From: the human T2T-CHM13v2.0 reference genome, Homo sapiens
DNA length: 64,000 nt
Strand: one strand, 5' to 3'
Assembly: GCF_009914755.1 (NCBI RefSeq)
Contig: NC_060926.1
Shown here: positions 16,863 to 56,604 of the stretch, one piece after another
Position numbering within the stretch: position 1 is the first letter of the stretch
How the letters are laid out: every line of letters begins with the position of its first letter
Notes under the pieces: generated by a model
What the model was told of the DNA's origin: nothing
The model's input: the letters and a program-made list of their open reading frames with translations, nothing else
The model's database searches: none
Translations under genes and position numbers: made by a program

Positions 16863-17200
16863 CAGGGATCACCCCCAACAGCCCTGGGGTACAATGAGCT
16901 TTTAAGAAGTTTAACCACCTATGTAAGGAGACACAGGCAGTGGGCGATGCTGCCTGGCCTGACTCTTGCCATTGGGTGGTACTGTTTGTTGACTGACTGA
17001 CTGACTGACTGGAGGGGGTTTGTAATTTGTATCTCAGGGATTACCCCCAACAGCCCTGGGGTACAATGAGCCTTCAAGAAGTTTAACAACCTATGTAAGG
17101 ACACACAGCCAGTGGGTGATGCTGCCTGGTCTGACTCTTGCCATTCAGTGGCACTGTTTGTTGACTGACTGACTGACTGACTGGCTGACTGGAGGGGGTT
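16863..17200 (+). repeat. Two-copy tandem duplication (period 172 bp) in intron 6, each copy containing (GACT)n
   Basis: CAGGGAT(C/T)ACCCCCAACAGCCCTGGGGTACAATGAG starts at 16863 and 17035. Confidence 0.95.
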
Positions 17201-17353
17201 CATAGCTAATATTAATGGAGTGGTCTAAGTATCATTGGTTCCTTGAACCCTGCACTGTGGCAAAGTGGCCCACAGGCTGGAGGAGGACCAAGACAGGAGG
17301 GCAGTCTCGGGAGGAGTGCCTGGCAGGCCCCTCACCACCTCTGCCTACCTCAG

Positions 17354-17496
17354 TGAAGTTCCCTTGTGGGAGGCCCTGGAAGCGGATGGAGAAGAAGCGC
17401 AGTCACCTGAAACGAGACACAGAAGACCAAGAAGACCAAGTAGATCCGCGGCTCATTGATGGGAAGATGACCAGGCGGGGAGACAGCCCCTGGCAG
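17354..17496 (+). CDS. PROC: Protein C exon 7 (KR cleavage site, activation peptide [12 protein letters not shown], start of protease domain LIDGK)
   Basis: Translation plus CAG|TGAAG and CAG|GTGGG boundaries. Confidence 0.99.
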
Positions 17497-18349
17497 GTGG
17501 GAGGCGAGGCAGCACCGGCTGCTCACGTGCTGGGTCCGGGATCACTGAGTCCATCCTGGCAGCTATGCTCAGGGTGCAGAAACCGAGAGGGAAGCGCTGC
17601 CATTGCGTTTGGGGGATGATGAAGGTGGGGGATGCTTCAGGGAAAGATGGACGCAACCTGAGGGGAGAGGAGCAGCCAGGGTGGGTGAGGGGAGGGGCAT
17701 GGGGGCATGGAGGGGTCTGCAGGAGGGAGGGTTACAGTTTCTAAAAAGAGCTGGAAAGACACTGCTCTGCTGGCGGGATTTTAGGCAGAAGCCCTGCTGA
17801 TGGGAGAGGGCTAGGAGGGAGGGCCGGGCCTGAGTACCCCTCCAGCCTCCACATGGGAACTGACACTTACTGGGTTCCCCTCTCTGCCAGGCATGGGGGA
17901 GATAGGAACCAACAAGTGGGAGTATTTGCCCTGGGGACTCAGACTCTGCAAGGGTCAGGACCCCAAAGACCCGGCAGCCCAGTGGGACCACAGCCAGGAC
18001 GGCCCTTCAAGATAGGGGCTGAGGGAGGCCCAAGGGGAACATCCAGGCAGCCTGGGGGCCACAAAGTCTTCCTGGAAGACACAAGGCCTGGCCAAGCCTC
18101 TAAGGATGAGAGGAGCTCGCTGGGCGATGTTGGGTGTGGCTGAGGGTGACTGAAACAGTATGAACAGTGCAGGAACAGCATGGGCAAAGGCAGGAAGACA
18201 CCCTGGGACAGGCTGACACTGTAAAATGGGCAAAAATAGAAAACGCCAGAAAGGGCCTAAGCCTATGCCCATATGACCAGGGAACCCAGGAAAGTGCATA
18301 TGAAACCCAGGTGCCCTGGACTGGAGGCTGTCAGGAGGCAGCCCTGTGA

Positions 18350-18535
<186 letters not shown>

Positions 18536-19507
18536 TAGGGGGACCAGGCAGGCTGTTCAGGTTTGGGGGACCCCGCTCCCCAGGTGCTTAAGCAAGAGGC
18601 TTCTTGAGCTCCACAGAAGGTGTTTGGGGGGAAGAGGCCTATGTGCCCCCACCCTGCCCACCCATGTACACCCAGTATTTTGCAGTAGGGGGTTCTCTGG
18701 TGCCCTCTTCGAATCTGGGCACAGGTACCTGCACACACATGTTTGTGAGGGGCTACACAGACCTTCACCTCTCCACTCCCACTCATGAGGAGCAGGCTGT
18801 GTGGGCCTCAGCACCCTTGGGTGCAGAGACCAGCAAGGCCTGGCCTCAGGGCTGTGCCTCCCACAGACTGACAGGGATGGAGCTGTACAGAGGGAGCCCT
18901 AGCATCTGCCAAAGCCACAAGCTGCTTCCCTAGCAGGCTGGGGGCACCTATGCATTGGCCCCGATCTATGGCAATTTCTGGAGGGGGGGTCTGGCTCAAC
19001 TCTTTATGCCAAAAAGAAGGCAAAGCATATTGAGAAAGGCCAAATTCACATTTCCTACAGCATAATCTATGGCCAGTGGCCCCCCGTGGGGCTTGGCTTA
19101 GAATTCCCAGGTGCTCTTCCCAGGGAACCATCAGTCTGGACTGAGAGGACCTTCTCTCTCAGGTGGGACCCGGCCCTGTCCTCCCTGGCAGTGCCGTGTT
19201 CTGGGGGTCCTCCTCTCTGGGTCTCACTGCCCCTGGGGTCTCTCCAGCTACCTTTGCTCCATGTTCCTTTGTGGCTCTGGTCTGTGTCTGGGGTTTCCAG
19301 GGGTCTCGGGCTTCCCTGCTGCCCATTCCTTCTCTGGTCTCACGGCTCCGTGACTCCTGAAAACCAACCAGCATCCTACCCCTTTGGGATTGACACCTGT
19401 TGGCCACTCCTTCTGGCAGGAAAAGTCACCGTTGATAGGGTTCCACGGCATAGACAGGTGGCTCCGCGCCAGTGCCTGGGACGTGTGGGTGCACAGTCTC
19501 CGGGTGA

Positions 19508-20215
<708 letters not shown>

Positions 20216-20261
20216 CGACCCTCCCTGCAGGGCTGGGCTTTTGCATGGCAATGGATGGGAC

Positions 20262-20267
20262 ATTAAA
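20262..20267 (+). terminator. PROC: Proximal poly(A) signal ATTAAA
   Basis: Variant hexamer ~47 nt after the stop codon, with a GT/T-rich tract downstream (CTGTTCTGTCCTT). Confidence 0.65.
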
Positions 20268-20490
20268 GGGACATGTAACAAGCACACCGGCCTGCTGTTC
20301 TGTCCTTCCATCCCTCTTTTGGGCTCTTCTGGAGGGAAGTAACATTTACTGAGCACCTGTTGTATGTCACATGCCTTATGAATAGAATCTTAACTCCTAG
20401 AGCAACTCTGTGGGGTGGGGAGGAGCAGATCCAAGTTTTGCGGGGTCTAAAGCTGTGTGTGTTGAGGGGGATACTCTGTTTATGAAAAAG

Positions 20491-20496
20491 AATAAA
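20491..20496 (+). terminator. PROC: Distal poly(A) signal AATAAA
   Basis: Canonical hexamer ~276 nt after the stop codon. Confidence 0.8.
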
Positions 20497-21098
20497 AAAC
20501 ACAACCACGAAGCCACTAGAGCCTTTTCCAGGGCTTTGGGAAGAGCCTGTGCAAGCCGGGGATGCTGAAGGTGAGGCTTGACCAGCTTTCCAGCTAGCCC
20601 AGCTATGAGGTAGACATGTTTAGCTCATATCACAGAGGAGGAAACTGAGGGGTCTGAAAGGTTTACATGGTGGAGCCAGGATTCAAATCTAGGTCTGACT
20701 CCAAAACCCAGGTGCTTTTTTCTGTTCTCCACTGTCCTGGAGGACAGCTGTTTCGACGGTGCTCAGTGTGGAGGCCACTATTAGCTCTGTAGGGAAGCAG
20801 CCAGAGACCCAGAAAGTGTTGGTTCAGCCCAGAATGAGCTCACAGTGTCGCGGGGGAAGCTGTTTAAGAACAATGTTACACCATCATGAACAGCAGTAAG
20901 AAAGAGGCTCTGGCTTAACCTGGCCTGATAGGCCTAATTGAATGAGACAGAAATAAGTCAAGGATGCTCTGATTTGAAATCATGAAGTACCTGATGAAAA
21001 GAAATGGTGGTGAGATAAAGCTGAGAAAATTCATCTAAAGCCCAAAATTAGTCTAGCTCTGTGTGTGGCCTCAGGCAAGTCTTTTTCTCCTCTCTGAG

Positions 21099-21653
21099 TG
21101 TGATGGTTAATTTTAGGTGTCGATTTGACTGGATGAAGGGATACCCAGATGGCTGGCGAAGCATGATTTCTGGGTGTGTCTGTGAGATGTTCTGGAGGAG
21201 ATGGGCCACTGAGTCGGTGGACTATGTGGGGAAGATCCGCCCTCAGTGTGGGCAGGCACCATCCAATCAGCTCGGGACCCAGACAGAATAAAAAGGCAGA
21301 GGACAGGTGAATTATCTGTCTCTCCTAGAGCTGGGACACCCTTCTCCTGCCCTTGGACATCAGTTCCAGGTTCTCAGGCCTTTGGACTCTGAGACTTAAC
21401 ACTAGTGGCCCTCCAGATTCTCCAGCCATTAGCCCTGTACTGAGGATCCTGCTATCAGCTTCCCTGGTTCTGAGGCCTTGAGACCTGGACTGAGCCAGGC
21501 CGGCTTCCCGGGCTCTCCAGCTGGCAGGTCTGCCATGGGACTCCTCAGCCTCAATGATCACAGAAGCCAAATCCTTAATAAGCCCCTTCTCATCTATCTG
21601 TGTCTATATATACATCCTATTAGTTCTGTCTCTGGAGAACCCTGACTAATCCA
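21099..21653 (+). mobile_element. MLT2-type (ERVL) solo LTR
   Basis: Starts TGTGATGGTTAATTTTAGGTGTC and ends CTGGAGAACCCTGACTAATCCA. Confidence 0.85.
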
Positions 21654-21685
21654 GGGGACATCAGTAAAATGAAGGGATTGGATGA

Positions 21686-21998
<313 letters not shown>

Positions 21999-22025
21999 CC
22001 AGAGAGCTTTTAAAAACACTGATGT

Positions 22026-22395
<370 letters not shown>

Positions 22396-23339
22396 TTAAC
22401 TGATTGTGCCAGGGGAGTGGGGACCCAGACATTGATATTTTTACAACTCTCCAATTCATTTCAATGTGTTCACTGGGGTTGAAAGCGACTGGGCTAGGCC
22501 AGGTGCCATGGCTCATACTGGTAATCCTGGCGCTTTGGGAAGCTGAGGCAGGAGGATTGCTTGAGCCCAGGAGTTCGAGGCCAGCCTGGGCAACATAGGG
22601 AGAACTTGTCTCTATTTAAAATAATAATAAATAAATAAAAATAAATTAATAAAAATGGACCAAATGGTCTTTAAGGGCCTTTCTTCTCAGGTAAACTCTA
22701 GTTCTAAGACTCTCCAGGCCAACGAGGATAAAGCCAATTATCTGAGAAAGCACAGCACAGCTCAGTCCACAGTAAAATAAAGGAGGACTTGATTTGTGGC
22801 CACAGCTGCGGCCAGACCAGAGAGGACACCAGGACCCACGGAGTTAGTTATCTGTGTGTGGCCACAAGAAAAGAGATCTGCCCGAGCTGGGGCCTGTGGG
22901 ATTCTCCTCCTTACTGACCTGGGGGAGGAATAGGTGGGGCTGCCTGGAAATGGGAGCAAACCGCGCCCGGGGCTGGAAGCACCTGCCGAATGGCACAGGG
23001 CCAGTGCCCACCACAGTCTCAGTGGAGGTGACGGACTGAAAGAATGACAGAGGACTGGAAGTCTTCGCCTCTGCTGAAGATTTCCGGGTGGGCTGCTGTC
23101 AGGATGGTGACCCTGCATGGCCTAGAGCACCTCTGGCATGACAGTGTTGGGAGATCCACCGACCTGCTGCCTGGGGAAACCGGGGAAAATTAGAAAAGCA
23201 AACAAACATTTCAAGTCCTGGAAATGGCCCTGAGGGCAAACAAAACAAGAACAAAAATACAACTTTTAAACCAACAGAAGAAAACTTGATGTGCCCAACA
23301 GAAAGCAAAGGAGAGGAATGAAAATAAGCGAGAAGCACG

Positions 23340-25720
<2,381 letters not shown>

Positions 25721-25730
25721 AAGCAAATAC

Positions 25731-26130
25731 ATGTTATTCAGGGTTCTCCAGGGAAATGAAATTGACCGAATAGAGAGAGAGATTTATTTCAAAGAAACAG
25801 CTCACATAATCGTGAAGGCTGATAAGTCTAAAATCTGCAGCGTGGGCCTGCAGGCTGGAGACTTAGGGAACACTCACAGTTTGAGTCTGAGTGCAGTGTG
25901 CTGGCAGAATTCCTTCTTTCTTGGGTAGAGTCAGCCTTTATTAAGACCTTCAACTGATTGGATGCAGCCCACCTGCATTATGGAGGATAACCTGCTTTAC
26001 TCAAAGTCCACTGGTTTAAGTGTTAATCTCATCCAAAAAAACATCTGCCCAGAAAACATTCGAAATGATGTTTGACCAAATATCTGGATACTGAGGCCTA
26101 GCCAAGATGACACATAAAATTAACCATCAC
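25731..26130 (-). mobile_element. MLT2-type LTR
   Basis: CAGGGTTCTCCAG...GACACATAAAATTAACCATCAC is the reverse complement of MLT2 termini. Confidence 0.8.
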
Positions 26131-26136
26131 GAAGGG

Positions 26137-26819
<683 letters not shown>

Positions 26820-26859
26820 GCAGGTGACATGAAATCCTTACTTAAGAAGCTGGAAAAAC

Positions 26860-27202
<343 letters not shown>

Positions 27203-27879
27203 TTACTTAAGAAGCTGGAAAGTAACACAAACCCAAAGAAACAAGAAGGAGGGAAATATAAAGATAAGGAGGCAGAATTGAGTGTAAGAGAGGTGCAAAT
27301 GATGAACACAAGAAATAACATCAAAAGCAGAGAGGCAGATCTATGAAAAATGCAGATTAGAAAGAGTGACAGGGGCGTAGCAATGATTTTACTATAAGCT
27401 AATACATTTGAAAGCCTAGGTGAAATACACACATTCCTGAACAAATATAAAATACTAACACTGGTGCAAGAAGAAAACTGCACTGCTGGTAAAAGCCATT
27501 CCACTCCCCTTCAAAAGCTTCTGTCTCATGCTGCTTTGTGTGCGAGTTCTGTCAAAGTTTTAAAGAACAGTTAGTTCCCATCTTAAACAAGTTTCCTCCC
27601 CCGAATGGAAAAAGAACAAAACCCACCCAACTCATTTTATGATATTTTGTGCCATGCAGCCAGGCTAGAACTTCTGTACCTCCTGGAGGGAAGCACCCAC
27701 ATCCCTTGGCTCCTGAGTGTGGAAAGCTCTGCCCTCTGGCTCTGTGAAAGCGGCTGTCTCCAGACAGACTCGGGTGCAGGCAGCTCCTTGCAAGGTCGGC
27801 AGGGAGAGCATGCCCCATCTGCCCCTGTCTTTTGAAACATCCTTTTTGCCCCATATTGATTGATTGATTGATTAACTGA

Positions 27880-28165
<286 letters not shown>

Positions 28166-30246
28166 CTCCCCATCCTTGATTTGTACATGTTTTTTGTTTT
28201 TGTAGATTTAGGGGTTTGAGTATAGATTTCTTGCTTGCATGGATTATGCAGTGCTGGAGTCTGGGCTTCTAGTGGAGCCATCGCCCAGTGAGCCCTGTAC
28301 CCAAATAGGTGATTTTCAACCCTCACCCCTTCCCTTCCACCTTTCGCAGTCTCCCACGTCTAGGATTCCACTCTGTATGTCCATGACAACACCCAGCTTT
28401 AGAGTGCACGGCTGAGGGCACAGTCGAGGAGGAGACACCCTCCCCCAGGGGGCACATGCTGGGCCTTCTGGAGGCAGATGAGGGAGAGTCTCTTGGGAGG
28501 CTGCAGGCCTGGCGTGCGTGGGGGTGTGTCACGAAGGAGGTGAGCAGTGTAGGGGACAGGCTGGGTTAAGCTTATCCATTGACCATATCTATCGAGTGCC
28601 ACCTCTGGGCCCAGAGCTGAGCCCAGACAGGCGCATGGGTCAGACAAGGCCCAGGGACACACAAATTGTAGAAGAGAAGCTTTACACAAGCTTGCTTTAA
28701 CAGAGCCTTTTCATTGACAAAAATAAAAGGACGTGAAAAGAAATTTAAGACTCAATGGGCTGAAGAGTGATCTCTTATTACCGCAACATTTGAGAGCTGA
28801 TGTCAGATGGCAGCCTGGCTGCAGAGAAGGTACCCAGGCCCTGGGCTCAGTGGCCCTTCCCCAGCTGGTGCCCCCAGCCTTACTGCCTGGCCCTCCTGCA
28901 CCTTCTTTTCCTTGTCTAAGAACTGGGCTCATCCCCCTCTATCCCCAGTGGTTGTGGGGATGAAAGGAAGGCCAACCCCTGCAAGGCCTGGTGCCTGGAG
29001 CTGGCCCTGGGTAGACGCCTCCCTCCCCTTCTTCCTGAGCCCTTCATGCAGAGCCCAGGACACAATGGTCACAATGGCTAAAATCTCTTTGGAGGAGGGA
29101 GAGATCAGTGCAGGCTAAAGCCATTGGTGAGAGTGGAAGAATTCAGCTCTCCAGCGGAAGGCAGCAATATGCAGAGAGCCCTGTGATGGGGCTGCTGGAG
29201 CCGAGGCCTGGGGGTTCAGTCCCCTGAGAAGCCCCCACCAGCTTAGCCTGGGGGACGAGTTATGGGAAGGACAGATGAGAAACTGCTAACTAAACAAGGC
29301 CAAAAGGACCAGGGCAAGCTGGGGGAGACCATGGAGGCTGTGGAAGGAACAGGCTGACTAAGCCTCAGGAGAGGCCAAGAGAGGCTAAGCAGGGAGCCAG
29401 GTCCTAGGAAAGAAACAGCACCCAGCTCTGGGGCCATGCCGGGGAGGCTGTGGGTAGAGGGCTAGGGCACCAGGCCATATTGAGAACCTTCATTGCAGGC
29501 CCATGCCAGGCACGTGACCCACAGTGACCCGGGGCTTCACAGAGCAACCAAGGGAGGAACTGCCGACTCCATTCTGATGAAGGGAAAAGAGCCTCTGGGG
29601 GGCTCCCTACATCACTGCTATTGGAGGAGTCTGGGTAGGAATGCAGCAGGCTCCAAAGTCCCTGCTGTGTCCCGTGGGCCATGGAGCCAGGTGGCGGGTC
29701 AGGGAGAGGAGTGGTGCATGGTTGGGCAGTGGCAGGACCTAGGCTCTGTCAATATTTGGTGTGGGTCAATCATTAGCCAGCCTCAGACTTGTCCCCCCAC
29801 AGGTTCCTCAGGTGGGTTCTGGGCTAGGCCCTGCCCTGCTGGGGGCTCCACAGGGCTTGGCCTAGATTGGACGAGTCGGGTGGGCAGCCCCTGGCCTCTC
29901 CACTCAGGAGACTCCCCACCCACAGGGCTGCAGTCCTGCCTCAGGGCTCAGCAAGCAAACACGTTAAGAGCACTGCACAGTTGAAAAAATGAGTTTTAAA
30001 ACAATCTGCCAAGAAAAAAGATGTCAAAGTAGTCATCACGGGAAAAGTCAGAATTTTGGTGGACTTCACTGCACTTATTCTGTGGCTATTAATTTTAAAG
30101 TATGTATGTGGGGGAGGGGAGCACACCATAATCTTTCTAGTGCCCTGAGGCTCTTAAACCAGGCTCTGTTCACCTGGACCTGTGTTCATGGGCAGTAAAC
30201 TGTTCTAGGCCCTTTATATGCATTGTTTGATTTAATCCTGTAAGTG

Positions 30247-30545
<299 letters not shown>

Positions 30546-32149
30546 CCTCTAAGTGATCTTAAGAGATGCCTGCTCTTGCCTTCCCATGTTAGCCCCCTAA
30601 TGTAACTGGCTCAGAGATGGACACAGCGAATACAGACAGAATGGGGATGTGCCTCCAAATCTGCCTGACTCCAGGAGGGGTCCCTTTAGTTGACATTGGC
30701 CCTGGAGAGACCTCAGTGGAGTGGGGAACTGGGCAGGAGTCTAGCGGGGCTGAGGTGGGAGGCAGGCTTCCTGCCAGTTCTGGCAGAGGGTGGGGCTGAG
30801 TGGGGTGGGCCATGGGCCAGCAGGGTCCTCATGGCTGGCTGCAGATGGAGTTCTAGGTCTATTATCAGGGTGGTGGACGAGGGAGGGACAACAGCTCTCT
30901 GGGATCAGGTGTGTGTGCTATAACATGGGCTCCAGGCCACCTGGCTACAGAGAAGCTATGCTGTTTGGGGGGCGTCACCTCACCCCACAATTGGCCTCAC
31001 ATTCATCAATTGTCCCTCATTTGGGCAAGAAAACCCAGGTCACACACAACTTGGTGGGAGAGCTAGGCCTAAAACCAGGTCCCCTGGCTTGGTGTCCAGT
31101 GTTCTTTCCTGTGCACCTGTCCCGCCACCCTGGACAGTAAGTGTGAGGGCCACAGTGTGGACTCTGAGGCCCCAGGAGCCTTCAGCAGGCCACAGCACAC
31201 ACACATGCCAAAAACAAGTTATACATGCATGTGGTAAAAAACTCAAATAGGACAGAGGACTTCATATGAGTGGTTGTACTTGGCTATCCCATCCCTCCTT
31301 ACCCTTACTCTTTTTGCTCTCTGTATGCTATAATTTGAGTACTTTCTATTATCTTTCTTCATCAATTCTGTCTTCTCATGTGTCCAAACCCTGTGAAACT
31401 TGGCCAATCAGTTAATAATTTCAGATGATAAACCCTTCAATTCTAGAATGCCCACTTGATTCCTCTCTACAGATTCCATTTCTCTGTAAAAATTCTCCAT
31501 CTTTTCACCTATTTTCCCCATTTTTCTTCTATCTTCTTTAATATATTGCTATAGTTGTTACCTTATCCAACATTTGGATCATCTGTGGGTCTATGTCTAT
31601 TGGCTTTTTTTCTTTTGACTATTGGTTCTATTTTCCTTTTTATTTGCCTGTCTTGTAATTTCCACAGTATGCAGAAGACAATTTATAAAGGAACCATAGC
31701 AACCAAATATTATATTATTTTCTTGTCAGGAAAGTCTGCCCTTTCAGGTTTAATTAACAACAAAACTGGGATGAAGCTGGGCTGCAGTTTTAGTTATAAT
31801 CAGTCCATATCAGGTTTCAAATGCTTGATGGGACAGCCTGAGTGCCTGGTAAGTCTGTCTTGTCAATCCCAAAGATGTAGGAGAGTCATTCTTCCCTTTG
31901 GCAGTTTTAAACTCTGCTCCTTAGTTTCCTATCCCCTGCTGCTTCCAAATTTCACAAATGTCTTGAGAAGGAGACTGGCAGTTTGTTCAAGACTGTCCCC
32001 CTTCCTGGGGAGGACTTTGCTTACCAATTATCCAAGACTAAAGGAGATTAGGCTCTAGTTTAAAAACTCCCTAGTATCTTGTGAAGCTTCCAGATGCAGC
32101 GAATCAGCAAATGAACTGGGGGACGGAGGGCAGCATGGTTGTCACGCTT

Positions 32150-41410
<9,261 letters not shown>

Positions 41411-41419
41411 CAACTGAAA

Positions 41420-43095
<1,676 letters not shown>

Positions 43096-43141
43096 CCTGA
43101 TATTGTTAATTTGTGTCCTCTGTTTCCTGATCAGGCAGTGC

Positions 43142-46750
<3,609 letters not shown>

Positions 46751-47887
46751 TAAATGAATTGTATTTTTTTGAGACAGGGTCTGGCAGCCTCGAACCCCTG
46801 GAGGCTTAGGTGATCCTCCCACCTCAGCCCCCAAGTAGCTGGGACCACAGGCTCAGCTAATTTTTACTTTTTTTTGCAGATATCAACCTCTCTATGTTTC
46901 CTAGGCTGGTCTCAAACTCCTGGACTCAAGCAATCCTCCTGCCTTAGCCTCCACAAGTGCTGGGATTACAGGCATGAGCAACTGCATCCGGCTAAACAAC
47001 CTCTCTTCTTGCAACACTGTTTCCTTGTGAGCTCATTAACATGCTAATTACCACATTCCACAGGAAGATGGATTACAGAGCAATAAGACAGGCTGGGTTC
47101 ACCCTGGAACGTGACCAGTAGTGACAGCCTCTAACAATGACACAGGTGGGGACCACTATCGGAAGATGGAGATTCTGGGGAACTGCTACCAGCTGCAGGG
47201 CTGAGAGTGACATATCTGACATTTGTTCATTGTTCATCTGTTCATACAGTCATTCTTGCATGAGTTTACTGGACACCTGCTGTGAGCAGGCACTGAGTGG
47301 CATAAAAATTCCTAGAACAGTCTCATCAGAGAAAAGACACACACAGAAAGAGAAATTATACTACAATGCAGTTATGGAAACTCATTCAACAAAATTTTAC
47401 TGAATGCTTACTATTTGTCAGGTACCGTTATCGATGCTGGGAGAAGAGAAAAGGACATCATTTTGCCCTCAGGGAGCTCATGGTCTAACGGAGAGAGAGA
47501 CATGTGAACAACTACAACGTCTGCGGTCTAAGAAAACACTAAATTGGAGACGTGTTCAAAGCAGTGCAGGGGAGGGAGCGGAGTGAGACTTCCGGGGTCA
47601 CCCAGAAGGGCTTCCCGGCAGGTAAGTTGCAGCTAACCCACACAGATGTTAATTACAGCAAGAAAAGATCTTTCACAGTGCTCCCTGTGCGTCAGGCAGG
47701 CTAGAGGTCTTGTCAAAAGTATGGCATATGTATCACATGCAAAATGATTTGAAGTAGAATGTGGACCAATTTTTAATTTTTTACTTATGCATCTAAATGT
47801 GCATTACAAAAAAATATAATGAGAAAACCAAACTTTCACCAATATGATTGCTCAGAGTGAGGCTAAAGGAATGAGTTTTAAAACTGA

Positions 47888-48290
<403 letters not shown>

Positions 48291-48590
48291 ACATGCATCT
48301 TATTTTAGTGAGATGAGATGTAGGAGTTAGCGAGGTAGGGAAAGGGAAGAACAGTAGACACAAGGAACACCAACTCAAAGCACACAGGAGAGAGTGCACG
48401 GGCTGCCTGAGAACAGGTGGTGGTGAAGCACGGTGGGCTGCGGGGCACGCGGAGGGCTGGAGGAGTGTGCGGGAGCAGAACCCCTGCTTCTGTGTTCCAC
48501 TGCCTGTGTAAACTTCTCAGGTCGGTTCCCATGGTCATGTCTCTCCAGGAAGTTTCTCAATGGCACACACCATGTTACCCTCCCTTATGT

Positions 48591-48778
48591 CAAGCTTGTC
48601 CAACCCGTGGCCCAGGATGGCTATGAATGCAGCCCAACACAGATTTGTAAACTTTCTTAAAACATTATGAGATTTTTTTTTTTTTAGCTCATCAGCTATC
48701 ATTATTGTATTTTACATGGAGCCCAAGACAATTCTTCTTCTAACACGGCCCAGGGAAGCCAAAAGATTGGACTTCGCC
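48591..48778. mobile_element. MER30-like hAT MITE
   Basis: TGTCCAACCCGTGGCCCAGGATGGC...GGCCCAGGGAAGCCAAAAGATTGGAC. Confidence 0.75.
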
Positions 48779-48789
48779 ACTTTAAGATA

Positions 48790-54485
<5,696 letters not shown>

Positions 54486-55446
54486 GCTAAAGTAAAAACA
54501 ATATCTTTCAAGAATTGTATTGCAATCATATTACACCACGTGATGAAATCCTCAAAAACGTGGGGCAGGTGGTAAATCCTGGCCAAGGCTCCTCGAGCCA
54601 GGCCGGCTGGCAGTGCTGCATCGTGCTGAAGGCGCTGAGGTTGCAGCGGATGCATTCCGGGCCAGTGATATGATGTGGACAGGAAAAGTCTTTTGTTCTG
54701 GGAAAATGGAGGACTGAAACCTCTTCATGTCTTTTTCCCAGGCCCTGATTTAGGAAGACCAAAACAGGGACTTCTACAGTAGCAGCTTAATCAGCAGATG
54801 CTGGGTGGTCGCCTCTGCACATGGCCTGGGGGGCGGGGCGCCTTACCGCGTCACACTGGGTGGATGGGCCTGTGTGTGGCCTCTCTCCAGCTGTGGCTGA
54901 CAGTACTCACTCAGCCCAGGCTTCCAGGCCCTCCTGGGCCCTCCTATCCACTGAAGGAAATGGGAGATGAGTGGGTAATGGAAAAGCCTTTGGAGTCAGA
55001 TGTAAATCCATGACTTGACCACTTATTGCTGTGAGACCCTGGACAGCTGGATATAGAGTTCTTGTTCTAGCATCCGCCCTGGGAATCCCCGGAACTGGGC
55101 CTCTTACCGACACCATTGCCTGTAATCCACAAACCTAGGAGGTAGGAGTGGCTTTCTTTCGCAGATCCTCCCTCTCCCTGAGTCCCAGAGTTACTGGGCA
55201 AACTCGGTTGACCACAGGCATCCAGGCGGTCTCAACCTGGTTTTGTTGTTTTGACACAGTTGTCATTTTTGTAGTTACCCTTGTAATGTAAAAGGTTTTC
55301 TTTTTTCCCTTTTTCTTCCCCCCAACCCGCCCATTTTCTTTTCTCTCCTCCCAGTCTCCTGCCTTCCTTTCACCCTCCAAAAGAAGTCTAACTATTAGAG
55401 TTGGCAGCAAAATTTGAAGAAAGTGGTTTAAAACTCAGAGAGCCAG

Positions 55447-55745
55447 GGCTGGGGGTAGTGGCTCACACCTGTAATTCCAGCACTTTGGGAGGCTGAGGCA
55501 GGTGGATCACCTGAGGTCAGGAGTTCAAGAGCAGCCTGGTCAACACTGAAACCCCATCTCTACTAAAAATACAAAAATTAGCTGGGCATGGTGGCGCATG
55601 CCTGTAATCCCAGCTACTCATGAGGCTGAGGCAGGAGAGTCACTTGAACCCAGGAGGTGGAGGTTGCAGTGAGTGGAGGTCATGCCATTGCACGCCAGCC
55701 TGGGCAACAGAGAGATACTCAGTCTCAAAAAAACAAAAACAAAAC
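55447..55745 (+). mobile_element. Alu
   Basis: Dimeric Alu; TCAGAGAGCCAG on both flanks as TSD. Confidence 0.92.
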
Positions 55746-56459
55746 AAGTCAGAGAGCCAGAAAATAGGAATTTTAGAGTAAGGAACTGGGGCAATTACAT
55801 GCTCTGGCAGCGTTTAAGAATCTGGGGGCCCCAAAGCCAGCCCTGGGCATTTCTTGGGTATCATGTACCTCTCTGTGGGGGCAGTGCTTCAAAGCCTCCC
55901 ACTCAGGAGATCTTTGTCAGCAGTGTGATGAGTGGGAAGAGAAAGGCGTACAGCAGTGTGCATGCCAGGCCCCATATGCTTTTAAAAAGGGACTTTATAG
56001 CTACGGACAGTCCTATAAGAGAGCAGAAACTGATTTCCTCCCTGTGGTAGGGAGATTTTTCTTACCCTTTTGAACTGTTTCTTTTTTTAACCATGAGGAG
56101 GTTACTTTCCATCTAAAAAGTAATAATGTAAAAACCACATGGGGGTGAATGGTATAGAGCCGAGAAGTGCCTGCTCCGGAGGCTGCAAGCTCGGGCTCCC
56201 GCAGCACAGCTGCTGCCCACTCTGCTGGAGGCCTCTTCTGGGTGCATCTTCATGAGTTACAAGAAGCACATTACTTTGACCCCAAAGGTAATTATCTTGA
56301 CTCACTAATTATCTGAATCAGCATATTTGGCTTGGAATCACATAGCTATTACTCCAAACCTGCTCTTTCTTGAAAGAGCAAAGGTTTTTGGCTAGTTGGT
56401 TGTTTTACCATTTATAGACATTCAAAAGACTCTTAAGGCAATGTTAAGACTTGTTAACT

Positions 56460-56598
56460 GGATGGGTGTGGTGGCTCATGCCTATAATCCCAGCACTTTG
56501 GGAGGCCAAGGCTGGAGGAGCATTGCTTGAGCCCAGAAGTTGGTGACCAGCCTGGGCCATCATAGTGGGACTAACCTTGCCTCTACTAAAAAAAAAAG
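56460..56598 (+). mobile_element. Alu monomer (FLAM-like)
   Basis: Left-arm unit with A tail. Confidence 0.8.
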
Positions 56599-56604
56599 AC
56601 TTGT

